The notes below the pieces were generated by a model that was not told where the DNA came from, did no database searches, and saw nothing but the letters and a program-made list of their open reading frames with translations. Below, in pieces: positions 56,167-64,000 of a DNA stretch of 64,000 bases. This DNA is from Patescibacteria group bacterium (GTDB lineage Bacteria; Patescibacteriota; UBA1384; CAJBMM01): NCBI GenBank assembly GCA_041660565.1, contig JBAZWC010000001.1, positions 430,481 to 494,480 on the forward strand. Direction: 5' to 3'. The position numbers and the translations under genes were made by a program. Positions within the stretch are counted from its first letter, which is position 1. Every line of letters begins with the position of its first letter.

Positions 56167-56910
56167 TTAGTGCAAGCTGGATAAACTGGATTTTTGGAAA
56201 ATTTTATACGTATTATTATCGCAATTACCGTTATTCACTGGATAAGTAGCATCTCGCCACTGATTAAACGGGGCTGCAACAGGATTTGAGAAATATCCGG
56301 TATTTGCAGCGTTATAACCTTCCGTGCACGGGGTAGCTTGATTCTCTAAAGCCACTCGCAGCACATAGTATTTTTGCTGTGCCCGATAACTAATCGCTCC
56401 CGCCCTCCAAACAGCTGAAGCGTCGGCACTACTATCCCAAACCGGGAAACCGCCGGCAGCCGTAAATGACCCTGTAACGGCCTTGGGTTTAGAAAGTAGT
56501 GGTAATAAATAAGCACTGGCAGCAATAGTAGCGGCGTTTGTATTGTCTGTATTAAACATCGGGTCAGCATACGCATATTGCGCTGCAACGTAACTGCTAA
56601 TAGAAGGATCTAAGCTGACCACTAAATTACAATCGCCCAAACCGGTAAAGTCGGCACCGGCATTACGATTTCCTTGGCACATAGCCCCCGCTCTGGCACT
56701 AGACCAGTTTGGCGCATACACATTATTGACCGATTTGTATTGCTCCAAAGCAGATTGAATGGCCAAAACCGACGTTTTTCGGGTTGTGTCTCGTGAACGC
56801 ATTTGCGCCCGAGAATAGCTACCAACAGAAATGGCAGTTAAAATCCCAATAATCGTCAAAACAATCATCAATTCAATCAAAGTAAAAGAACGACGTCTAA
56901 GTATAATCAC
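56167..56910 (-). CDS. type IV pilin-like protein (prepilin-type N-terminal cleavage/methylation domain)
   Basis: N-terminus RRRSFTLIELMIVLTIIGIL, followed by a variable beta-rich domain. Confidence 0.8.
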   Translation of the reverse strand: MIILRRRSFTLIELMIVLTIIGILTAISVGSYSRAQMRSRDTTRKTSVLAIQSALEQYKSVNNVYAPNWSSARAGAMCQGNRNAGADFTGLGDCNLVVSLDPSISSYVAAQYAYADPMFNTDNTNAATIAASAYLLPLLSKPKAVTGSFTAAGGFPVWDSSADASAVWRAGAISYRAQQKYYVLRVALENQATPCTEGYNAANTGYFSNPVAAPFNQWRDATYPVNNGNCDNNTYKIFQKSSLSSLH

Positions 56911-56969
56911 AGATTACCTCTCTACAATTTTAGTCGGTAGCGCGCTTATACACGCTACCTTAAAAACTA

Positions 56970-57182
56970 TTATTCTTTTTTGCTAAACGCCATTACTAAT
57001 AGATATAGCGCTCCCAAACCCACTAAATCGTAAACGACACGAGATACCGTGCTCATATCGCCAAAGATTTTAGCGACAAGATCATATTTGAAAAGACCGA
57101 CTAATCCCCAGTTCAATGCACCGACGATTACTAATACAAAAGCTACCCAATCTAACGTACCCATCTTTTTCATTTCAATCAC
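56970..57182 (-). CDS. DUF378-like small membrane protein
   Basis: MGTLDWVAFVLVIVGALNWGLVGLF. Confidence 0.55.
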   Translation of the reverse strand: MIEMKKMGTLDWVAFVLVIVGALNWGLVGLFKYDLVAKIFGDMSTVSRVVYDLVGLGALYLLVMAFSKKE

Positions 57183-57303
57183 CTCCCCTCGCTATAAATA
57201 AAGATCTACTACCATTATACACAATGGTGATTATATGCAACAATTTATCACAAAAAAAGACCTTTCGGTCAAAGTGGCTTGAGTTTCGAGTTAATTACAA
57301 AGG

Positions 57304-57379
57304 ATGGCTGGGGAGGAGGGACTCGAACCCCCGAATGCCAGGACCAAAACCTGGTGCCTTACCACTTGGCGACTCCCCA
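57304..57379 (-). tRNA. tRNA-Gln (anticodon TTG)
   Basis: The reverse complement reads TGGGGAGTCGCCAAGTGGTAAGGCACCAGGttttggtCCTGGCATTCGGGGGTTCGAGTCCCTCCTCCCCAGCCA. Confidence 0.8.
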
Positions 57380-57437
57380 ATTAGTTATATCCTACCACAA
57401 AATCATATTCTAAGCAATCATAATCGGCAATTATTTA

Positions 57438-57465
57438 TTGCAAATTGTCTCTTTTCTGATAGAAT
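57438..57465 (+). promoter_or_regulatory. promoter TTGCAA-16-TAGAAT, copy 1 of a duplicated about 45-bp promoter module
   Basis: ttgcaaattgtctcttttctgatagaataatgacatcaca. A near-identical copy lies at 57743-57785. Confidence 0.6.
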
Positions 57466-57495
57466 AATGACATCACATGTACGGAGGCACGACGA

Positions 57496-57690
57496 ATGCC
57501 AGGTCAAACCGGTCTTACCTTCGACGAGCTTGTGCACGCGCTGATTTCCGCTTCCATTGCACTCGGCAAGATGGAAAAGCAACACCAGATTCGCCATACC
57601 CCACCCGACGAGACGGAACGTTTGCTCGCGCCACTTCGTTCTCGAGTAGAAGAGATCCGAAACGAAATCGTGTGCGCACATTATGCGTGA
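57496..57690 (+). CDS. small helical protein, paralog 1 (64 aa, GC-rich)
   Basis: MPGQTGLTFDELVHALISASIALGKMEKQH.. Its own promoter and terminator are duplicated around the next gene. Confidence 0.5.
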   Translation: MPGQTGLTFDELVHALISASIALGKMEKQHQIRHTPPDETERLLAPLRSRVEEIRNEIVCAHYA

Positions 57691-57709
57691 ACCGGACATC
57701 ATCATGCCA

Positions 57710-57741
57710 CGCCGCGGGTCAAGACAGACCGCGGCTTTTTT
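57710..57741 (+). terminator. intrinsic terminator, copy 1
   Basis: GCCGCGGgtcaagacagaCCGCGGC plus T7. Confidence 0.7.
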
Positions 57742-57742
57742 T

Positions 57743-57771
57743 GTTGCAAATTGTCTATTTTCTGATACAAT
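57743..57771 (+). promoter_or_regulatory. promoter TTGCAA-17-TACAAT, copy 2
   Basis: ttgcaaattgtctattttctgatacaataatggcatcaca. Confidence 0.6.
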
Positions 57772-57801
57772 AATGGCATCACAGCGACACAGAGGTGTGC
57801 C

Positions 57802-57996
57802 ATGAACGTAACACGGATGAGTGCAGCTCAGTTGGTGGACAGCCTCATCGACAAGACGGCTGAGCTCACAGAACTACGCCACGACAAGGACGTAACTTCA
57901 GTGGCAGCTAGGAATGCTCAGGACATTTGCACAGCCGAGCGAGACCAGTGCCGCGCTGAGATTCTCCGGCGGCTTGGAGCCAAGAAAGCCGAGTAG
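57802..57996 (+). CDS. small helical protein, paralog 2 (64 aa, GC-rich)
   Basis: MNVTRMSAAQLVDSLIDKTAELTELRHDKD.. The L-V-x-[AS]-L-I register is shared with paralog 1. Confidence 0.5.
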   Translation: MNVTRMSAAQLVDSLIDKTAELTELRHDKDVTSVAARNAQDICTAERDQCRAEILRRLGAKKAE

Positions 57997-58030
57997 CCCG
58001 CCATCCCCACCACCTCACCCTCCCCACCAC

Positions 58031-58065
58031 GCCGCGGGTCAAGACCGACCGCGGCTATTTATTTT
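58031..58065 (+). terminator. intrinsic terminator, copy 2
   Basis: GCCGCGGgtcaagaccgaCCGCGGC followed by tatttatttt. Confidence 0.65.
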
Positions 58066-58678
58066 GGGAATACGACTGAATTACTTTAACAATCGCCTCG
58101 TGAACTTCATCAACAGTCCCAGATGCATCAACCACCTTTATTCGATCAGGATTATTTTTTGCCAAATCCAAATACGCCTGACGAATTTTTTGATGAAATT
58201 CTAAACCCTCTTTTTCAAAACGATTCTGATCTTCTTGCCGCGACAACCCGATCTTTGGGTCAATGTCTAACAATATCGTCAAATCTGGTTTGATATTACC
58301 AGTGGCAAATAGATTCAGATTATTCACCTCTCCAAGTTCAATCCCGCGAACATATCCTTGATACACCGCGGATGAATCGATAAATCGATCACAAATAACC
58401 ACAGAACCTTTGTGTAAATGCGGCTTGATTAGTTTCTCACAAACTTGCGACCTAGACGCTAAAAATAGAAGCAGTTCGGCGTTGGTCGTTAGTGGTGACG
58501 GTGGATCTAAAATAATCTGGCGAATTTTTTCGGCTGTCTCTTCACCACCTGGCTCTCGCAGGGTAAAAACATCATGCTTAGCCTCGGTTAACCACTCGGC
58601 GAGCAATTTTACTTGCGTCGATTTACCGGTGCCTTCGCCACCCTCAAAAGTAATAAAAATGCCGTTTAGATTTGCCAT
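58055..58678 (-). CDS. tmk: thymidylate kinase
   Basis: FITFEGGEGTGKSTQ P-loop, DR(F/Y) motif, lid region. Confidence 0.9.
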   Translation of the reverse strand: MANLNGIFITFEGGEGTGKSTQVKLLAEWLTEAKHDVFTLREPGGEETAEKIRQIILDPPSPLTTNAELLLFLASRSQVCEKLIKPHLHKGSVVICDRFIDSSAVYQGYVRGIELGEVNNLNLFATGNIKPDLTILLDIDPKIGLSRQEDQNRFEKEGLEFHQKIRQAYLDLAKNNPDRIKVVDASGTVDEVHEAIVKVIQSYSQNK

Positions 58679-58687
58679 TCGATTATC

Positions 58688-60217
58688 CTATCGTAATGTA
58701 AAATGTTTATCCACAATCAACGGTTTGTCTTGATTATACGGAATGTTTAATTGCAGAGCCAGCTCGGCTTTAATTAACTCTAGCGTTATATCCACATAAT
58801 GATCACCGCGCGACAGTAAATTACGTTTGGCTAAACGTAGCGCAATTTCACGCGCTTTTGTGCCAATTTCTTCGGCAATTTCGGTACCTGACAAACTAAT
58901 TAGCTTTAAGATGATTTTGCCACCATCAACCTGTATTCGCACAATTCCACGTGGATCTAAATCTGCAGACTCATCAAATTGCGCTTTCACCCGCCCGCGC
59001 AACGCACAATCCACCAACTTTTTGGCATTCTCCCAATCTTCTTCGTACATATGCGCGGAGTGCGAGGTGATGGCCAAAGATCCAATTGGCAAATTAGTCT
59101 CTTCGGCAACGTATTTTTGTAAATTTAGCAGCGCAAAAGCGTTGGGTAACGCCGCCTTAAAGATATCATGTGATCTGAATGTGGCGATTAAGTTTAGTTT
59201 ACCTTCAACGGTCGTCAAAAACTGAATCAAGCACAAACACGGTGGTGAGTGATGTTTCATATCAAACGGCGGGTACAACGTGGTGCCAAAAGCGCGGCGA
59301 GTGATAGGTGATGATTTTAGATGACGTACAATCTCATCAACTTGATCTAAATCACCCGGGTAATTGCGCAAACGGCTCCCATAGGTGTACACCGTGCCCT
59401 CGGGCAGCTTTGCATCCAAAAACGCCGTGGCGTATTCTTTAAGCATATCTTTGTGCATCCCAACTGCTTTCAACAGCTCCTCCGGCCAATCCGGAATAGC
59501 AAACTTGGCTAAATCTTCTTGATGAATCACCCAAGTAACCACCTGCAACTCTTTCTGCAAATTGCCATATTCGGTTTTTTTGATGCCACCGTAAAGCAAA
59601 ATGCGATCAACCACCTGCGCCCATGCGCCAGCCAGAGTAGGATGATGCACTGCAAACCCAATTTCTTCCGATGGCGCCGAGGCGTCAACATCGCGCTTGG
59701 TTTCGGGAAAAGAAGTGGGCTTCATATATGGCTTAGTGTCTGAGGTTAGATTTTTCACTTTGGAGATCATTTTGTCGTAGTCTAGGTCAGATAAATCGAG
59801 CAATTTAACATTTTGGCGCACTTTTTCTAACACGTCCGGATCAATTTCAGGATGCAGCCTGTCTGATGTTCCGTTTACTAGGTTATCTTTGCCTATGCTA
59901 CTATCGAAAAAAGTTTTGAGTAAATTGCGGCCGGCAATGCCAAATTGAGTGTTTGATAGTGGCGCGTTGCCCCAAACCACCATCGTTTTAATGGTTGGAT
60001 TCAAGCACAAATTACGCAAAATCACCGAAACGCCTTCTTTGCTGTAAAGCGTACCCATCAGCCCAATGTGCTTGGTAATGGTCGGATCTTTTTTGAGCAG
60101 CAAATTTGGGTCGGACCAACACGTTGCCAAACCAACCGAGGCGTTTTCACCGGTCACCACCGGATATTTTTCAGGTAAATAAAGTTGGTATTTCATTAAA
60201 TCCCTTGTTCGAATCAA
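58688..60217 (-). CDS. thymidylate-synthase-fold protein (ThyA-like C-terminal domain) with an about 250-aa N-terminal extension
   Basis: The C-terminal half aligns with the ThyA core: SPPCLCLIQF....GKLNLIATFRSHDIF...PNAFALLNLQKYVAE...SLAITSHSAHMYE. The N-terminal half has no recognisable motif. Lies in an operon with tmk. Confidence 0.6.
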   Translation of the reverse strand: MIRTRDLMKYQLYLPEKYPVVTGENASVGLATCWSDPNLLLKKDPTITKHIGLMGTLYSKEGVSVILRNLCLNPTIKTMVVWGNAPLSNTQFGIAGRNLLKTFFDSSIGKDNLVNGTSDRLHPEIDPDVLEKVRQNVKLLDLSDLDYDKMISKVKNLTSDTKPYMKPTSFPETKRDVDASAPSEEIGFAVHHPTLAGAWAQVVDRILLYGGIKKTEYGNLQKELQVVTWVIHQEDLAKFAIPDWPEELLKAVGMHKDMLKEYATAFLDAKLPEGTVYTYGSRLRNYPGDLDQVDEIVRHLKSSPITRRAFGTTLYPPFDMKHHSPPCLCLIQFLTTVEGKLNLIATFRSHDIFKAALPNAFALLNLQKYVAEETNLPIGSLAITSHSAHMYEEDWENAKKLVDCALRGRVKAQFDESADLDPRGIVRIQVDGGKIILKLISLSGTEIAEEIGTKAREIALRLAKRNLLSRGDHYVDITLELIKAELALQLNIPYNQDKPLIVDKHFTLR

Positions 60218-60222
60218 TCCAA

Positions 60223-60789
60223 TTAGTCCAATTCGGCCAATTGGATCTTTTTTACCGGCCTAAACGACATGCGGTGATGCTGTGACGGCCCATATTTCTG
60301 CAACCGCTCTTGGTGCAATTTGGTACCGTAACCAACGTGCAATTTGAAACCGTAGCGGTCGTCCGTATCTAACCCATACATTAACCTATCCCGATAGACC
60401 TTGGCAACTATGGAGGCGGCACTAATCTGTGGCACCAATAAATCACCGTGAATTATTACCTCTTCTGGAATGTCGGTTTGGCATGAAAAGCCATCAATTT
60501 TAACCAAATTCGGCCTTGTTTTAAGTCCTGCAAGCGCCAAACGCATTACCAACCGGTTTGCCTCGGCTAGGCCTAGCCGATCGATTTCAGAAGCGCTGAC
60601 TTCAGCGATAAATAAATCTAAAGCGACCTGACGGATTATTTGGTCTAGCTGCTCGCGCTTAGTTTTAGATAACAGCTTTGAATCGGTTAACCCGTCTATT
60701 TCGGTATCGAGAATGACGGCGGCGGCCACTATTGGCCCCGCCCACGCCCCTCTACCAACCTCATCAATCCCGGCGATTATTGTATTCAT
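60223..60789 (-). CDS. rnhB: ribonuclease HII
   Basis: IIAGIDEVGRGAWAGPIVAAAV active-site N-terminus. Start set at MNTIIAG (ATG 60789); the longer ORF is an upstream extension. Confidence 0.85.
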   Translation of the reverse strand: MNTIIAGIDEVGRGAWAGPIVAAAVILDTEIDGLTDSKLLSKTKREQLDQIIRQVALDLFIAEVSASEIDRLGLAEANRLVMRLALAGLKTRPNLVKIDGFSCQTDIPEEVIIHGDLLVPQISAASIVAKVYRDRLMYGLDTDDRYGFKLHVGYGTKLHQERLQKYGPSQHHRMSFRPVKKIQLAELD

Positions 60790-61011
60790 TGGCTTTATCT
60801 TATCATAACTCGTCGACCTCCGTAGGGGCGGACTCATACTTGTCCTTCCGTAGCTCAGAGAGCGAAGGGGGATGTCCGCCCGTTTGAGGGATAACAATGG
60901 ATAGCAAAGGATGACGAGGGATTTTTGGCACAAAAAAAAGACCGTATTGGTCTTAAAAAAGTTCTGGGCGGCGGGGATTGTCTCCCCGTCGCCCATTCCA
61001 TGTCGTGTGCG

Positions 61012-61350
61012 TCACGCCTCGCAAGTCGCGTCAGAAGCAGCCTTGGTCTCCGTCTTGAGCAATGCCAAACACATCTTTGTGAACTCGTCACGGATGTCCG
61101 CAGGCATATTCCACGGTCTATCACCGAGCGTCTTGAGCACGCTCGAGACATACTCGGCCGCGAACTTGCGCATCTCGTCGAAAGACATAGCCAGCACCGC
61201 TAGGAGCTGCATGTCGGCGACGAAAGATCCCCATACCTCACCCCATTCCACGGCATTAGAAGGAGTGAGAGCCGGAATGATCGCGAAGTAAATGTTGATC
61301 TTTGCCGTCAGCTTAACCTTGATCGAAGCCACGTCCATCATAGTGTCCAT
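61012..61350 (-). CDS. hypothetical protein (GC-rich)
   Basis: 112-aa ORF of roughly 55% GC. Confidence 0.35.
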   Translation of the reverse strand: MDTMMDVASIKVKLTAKINIYFAIIPALTPSNAVEWGEVWGSFVADMQLLAVLAMSFDEMRKFAAEYVSSVLKTLGDRPWNMPADIRDEFTKMCLALLKTETKAASDATCEA

Positions 61351-61503
61351 TTCGTGCTCCTATAGCCTACCATTCGGCTGCGGCCGAGTACGTGTGTCAA
61401 AGGACTCAACGACTTGTCCTGCCGTGATACCACTATATTATCATATATTTTAATAAATGTCAAGGTAGATATGGACAAATTAAAGATGTTATGCTATAAT
61501 ATA

Positions 61504-61998
61504 GTAGTCTAAATCTTTTCGGATCATCGCCCCTAACGGGGAGGAAAGTCCGGGCACCTGATAAGCGTTGTACTGACGCATCTGCTAGCATTAGTTAGCA
61601 GCGAAGTCTAGCTGCCCCGTCATTCGACAGGGCAAGGGAATAGTGCAACAGAAAATACACAGCCAGCCAATGCGTTGCATTGGAAATTCGAAATTCTAAA
61701 TTCCAATTTATAAACATAAGGAAATTTGTTTATAGGCTGGATTCCCGCCTGCGCGGGAATGACGCCTCGAGTTTCTAGTGCAGCGCGTCGGGGGCAAAGG
61801 TGAAAACGTGTGGTAAGAGCGCACGCGCTTTAGCAGCAATGCTAATTTGTGAAAACCCTGCATGGTGCAAGTCTGGTGGACCATTCGCTTCAATTGTGCT
61901 TATCCAAGAAGCGGGTTTGGCCCAGACGCGTAGATAGATGATGGTCAAGTATTTGTTTACAAATACTACAGAACCCGGCTTATAGAAACGGTTTAGAC
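61504..61998 (+). ncRNA. rnpB: RNase P RNA (bacterial type A) with an enlarged P12 region
   Basis: Promoter -10 TATAAT at 61494-61499. P4 5' strand GGAGGAAAGTCCGGGC (61539-61554). AGTGCAACAGAAA. GGTAAGAGCGCAC (61815-61827). P4 3' strand ACAGAACCCGGCTTA (61965-61979). P1 pairing GTCTAAA/TTTAGAC. Terminator AATGACGCtgttAGCGTCATT plus T-run at 62001-62030. Confidence 0.85.
61739..61763. repeat. GTCATTCC-family hairpin inside the rnpB P12 expansion
   Basis: ggATTCCCGCctgcGCGGGAATgac, preceded by an about 55-nt AT-rich insert (aaattcgaaattctaaattccaatttataaacataaggaaatttgtttatag). Confidence 0.7.
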
Positions 61999-62020
61999 AT
62001 AAAAAATGACGCTGTTAGCG

Positions 62021-62338
62021 TCATTTTTTGTCATTTTTATTTAGATCAATTACTAATGAAACATGAGATGAGGGCGGATTTTGAGATAACGATCGATTTT
62101 CTTCTATTGAATCAAAAACTATTTTCGCATCATTTTCAGCAGATTCGGTGATGCTTTTCATCTCTTCTTCGCTTAAATTGTATTCAGATGGATCAAAATC
62201 TTGGTCGTCTTCTACCATCGTTTCTAACTCACGTACTCGTTTTTGCAACCGATCAAGCTGATTTTCCAACAGATCTATCCGGGCGTTAACGGTAGCAAAT
62301 TTTTTTTCAATTTTAGCAATAATTTGTTCTTGGTCCAT
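62021..62338 (-). CDS. hypothetical acidic coiled-coil protein
   Basis: 105-aa ORF with heptad-like repeats at the N-terminus. Confidence 0.4.
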   Translation of the reverse strand: MDQEQIIAKIEKKFATVNARIDLLENQLDRLQKRVRELETMVEDDQDFDPSEYNLSEEEMKSITESAENDAKIVFDSIEENRSLSQNPPSSHVSLVIDLNKNDKK

Positions 62339-62415
62339 TGTTACTCCTATGTAATTATCAGGATAAACTAGCCGGTGATTTTGTCAACCAAATTTCCCCA
62401 ATTGGGCAAATTGGA

Positions 62416-64000
62416 TTAATTTGATTTTAGAACATTTTTCAGATACTGCCCTGTCGATGATTTTTCCACCTTAGCCACTTCTTCCGGTGTACCCGAAGCA
62501 ATTAGCAATCCTCCAGCTACACCGCCCTCTGGGCCTAGATCAATAACATAATCAGCCGATTTAATTACGTCTAAATTATGCTCAATCACTAGTACTGAAT
62601 TTCCTTTATCAACTAAAGCCTGCAACACACTAATTAGATGTTTAACATCTTCAAAGTGCAAACCGGTGGTTGGTTCGTCTAGAATATAAAATGTTTTGCC
62701 GGTACCACGACGCGACAGCTCGGTGGCTAATTTGACTCGCTGAGCTTCTCCACCCGACAAAGTGGTCGCGGGCTGGCCAAGGTGAATGTAGCCCAACCCA
62801 ACATCAAACAACGTTTGTAGTTTGGTTTTGGCGGCTGGCACGGCGTCAAAAAACTCTAACGCTTGCTCAACCGTCATATCTAGCACTTCCGAAATGTTTT
62901 TGCCCTTATATTTGATCTCTAGCGCCTCGTGGTTGTAACGTTTACCGTGACATTCTTCACATGTTACATAGACATCGGGCAAGAAATGCATTTCAATTTT
63001 CAGCACTCCATCGCCATGACAAGTTTCGCATCGCCCACCTTTAACATTGAATGAGAATCTGCCCGCTTTGTATCCGCGCATTCGGGCGTCTGAGGTAAGC
63101 GAAAACAAATCGCGAATAAAGGTGAATAAACCGGTGTAAGTGGCGGGATTTGAGCGTGGTGTGCGACCGATTGGTGATTGATCAATAGTAATAACTTTAT
63201 CAAGATAAGATAGACCCAAAATCTCTTTGTGCTTGCCCGGATTTGTGCGAGCGTGATGGAATTTCTGTTCCAAAGTTTTGGCCAGAATATCGTTAATTAA
63301 AGTGGATTTTCCTGATCCGGAAACACCGCTGACACAAACAAACACGCCTAGTGGAATTTTAACGTCAATATTTTGCAGATTGTTCTGGGTAGCGCCCACA
63401 ATGGTTAGCGCACGATCAGTAATTTCTCGACGTAATTTTGGCGTCGCAATCTCTTTTTTACCAGATAGGTATTGCCCGGTAACCGAGTTTTCGTTCTTTT
63501 TGACCTCGGTTGGTGTACCAATGGCTACCACATTTCCACCATTTTCTCCCGCACCAGGGCCAATATCGATTAAGAAATCTGCTTGTTCCATTGTTTCTTG
63601 ATCGTGCTCAACCACAATAACCGAGTTACCTAGATCACGTAGTTTCTTTAGCGCATCTAATAGTTTGGCGTTGTCGCGTTGATGCAGGCCGATTGACGGT
63701 TCATCCAAAATATACAAAACCCCCATCAACGACGAGCCAATTTGGGTGGCTAAACGAATACGTTGCGCTTCTCCGCCCGACAACGTGGTGGCAGAACGAT
63801 CTAAGTTTAGATAAGCCAAACCGACGTTTTGCAAAAAATTCAAGCGCGATTTAGCTTCTTTCACAATTTGCTTGGCGATAACCGTGTTGCGGTCTGTTAG
63901 TTTAAGATTAGATACAAAATCATGAGCTTCATCTATGGATAAACTGGTTACTTCGGCAATCGATTTTTGATTAATCTTGACCGCCAGTGCCTCTGGTTTT
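62416..64000 (-). CDS. uvrA: excinuclease ABC subunit A (C-terminal roughly 60%; gene continues past the window end)
   Basis: Two ABC ATPase modules with LSGGEAQR signatures and a zinc-finger CxxC pair. UvrA-specific insertion domains. The open frame continues beyond 63864 to the window edge. Confidence 0.9.
   Translation of the reverse strand, partial: KPEALAVKINQKSIAEVTSLSIDEAHDFVSNLKLTDRNTVIAKQIVKEAKSRLNFLQNVGLAYLNLDRSATTLSGGEAQRIRLATQIGSSLMGVLYILDEPSIGLHQRDNAKLLDALKKLRDLGNSVIVVEHDQETMEQADFLIDIGPGAGENGGNVVAIGTPTEVKKNENSVTGQYLSGKKEIATPKLRREITDRALTIVGATQNNLQNIDVKIPLGVFVCVSGVSGSGKSTLINDILAKTLEQKFHHARTNPGKHKEILGLSYLDKVITIDQSPIGRTPRSNPATYTGLFTFIRDLFSLTSDARMRGYKAGRFSFNVKGGRCETCHGDGVLKIEMHFLPDVYVTCEECHGKRYNHEALEIKYKGKNISEVLDMTVEQALEFFDAVPAAKTKLQTLFDVGLGYIHLGQPATTLSGGEAQRVKLATELSRRGTGKTFYILDEPTTGLHFEDVKHLISVLQALVDKGNSVLVIEHNLDVIKSADYVIDLGPEGGVAGGLLIASGTPEEVAKVEKSSTGQYLKNVLKSN

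Noticed and set aside
60790-60996. 69-aa N-terminal extension of RNase HII
   Set aside because: The RNase HII family starts at MNTIIAGIDEVGRG. The upstream residues are Cys/Ser-rich junk crossing an intergenic region.
61708-61893. 61-aa ORF inside rnpB
   Set aside because: It is antisense to the RNase P RNA conserved core, so it is spurious.

Overview
This is a 64-kb slice of a low-GC (roughly 45%) bacterial genome. Gene content points to a monoderm (Gram-positive-type) envelope and possibly a reduced, CPR/Patescibacteria-like organism: an LCP-family protein, a PrsA-like parvulin, rny-ymdB, type IV pilin, and many exported Thr/Pro-rich multi-domain proteins. I hold that taxonomic guess with low confidence.

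Ordinary content:
- a glycolysis/pentose-phosphate operon (rpiB-rpe-fba-pfkB-gap)
- two ABC transporter pairs
- glycosyltransferases (a GT2 with the QxxRW motif, and a GT-C plus GtrB-like pair)
- rny-ymdB, gdhA, a thyA-like-tmk operon, rnhB, rmuC and partial uvrA
- a GGDEF cyclase
- RNase P RNA (rnpB)
- 14 tRNA genes

Unusual content:
1. Several GC-rich (about 60-68%), ORF-poor blocks, each driven by a near-consensus sigma70 promoter and closed by a double intrinsic terminator (26.0-27.9 kb, 45.0-45.9 kb, 19.1-19.3 kb). These are my top candidates for large structured ncRNAs or small-protein loci.
2. Almost every tRNA locus abuts GC-rich, apparently foreign DNA.
3. One of those GC-rich blocks carries nadM-nudix and nadV (NAD salvage), placed behind an AT-rich NrtR regulator gene with palindromic candidate operators.
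4. A gene cassette bounded by perfect 63-bp direct repeats, with reiterated promoter boxes nearby.
5. Tandem paralogous 64-aa gene cassettes with cloned promoters and terminators.
6. An intact tRNA-Gly nested between the two halves of another tRNA-like gene.
7. A pervasive GTCATT(C/T)C...GRAATGAC hairpin repeat family. One copy sits inside rnpB helix P12, and two 87-bp copies in inverted orientation bracket a 4.1-kb segment.

I found no CRISPR array, no rRNA, and no integrase, transposase or phage structural genes.
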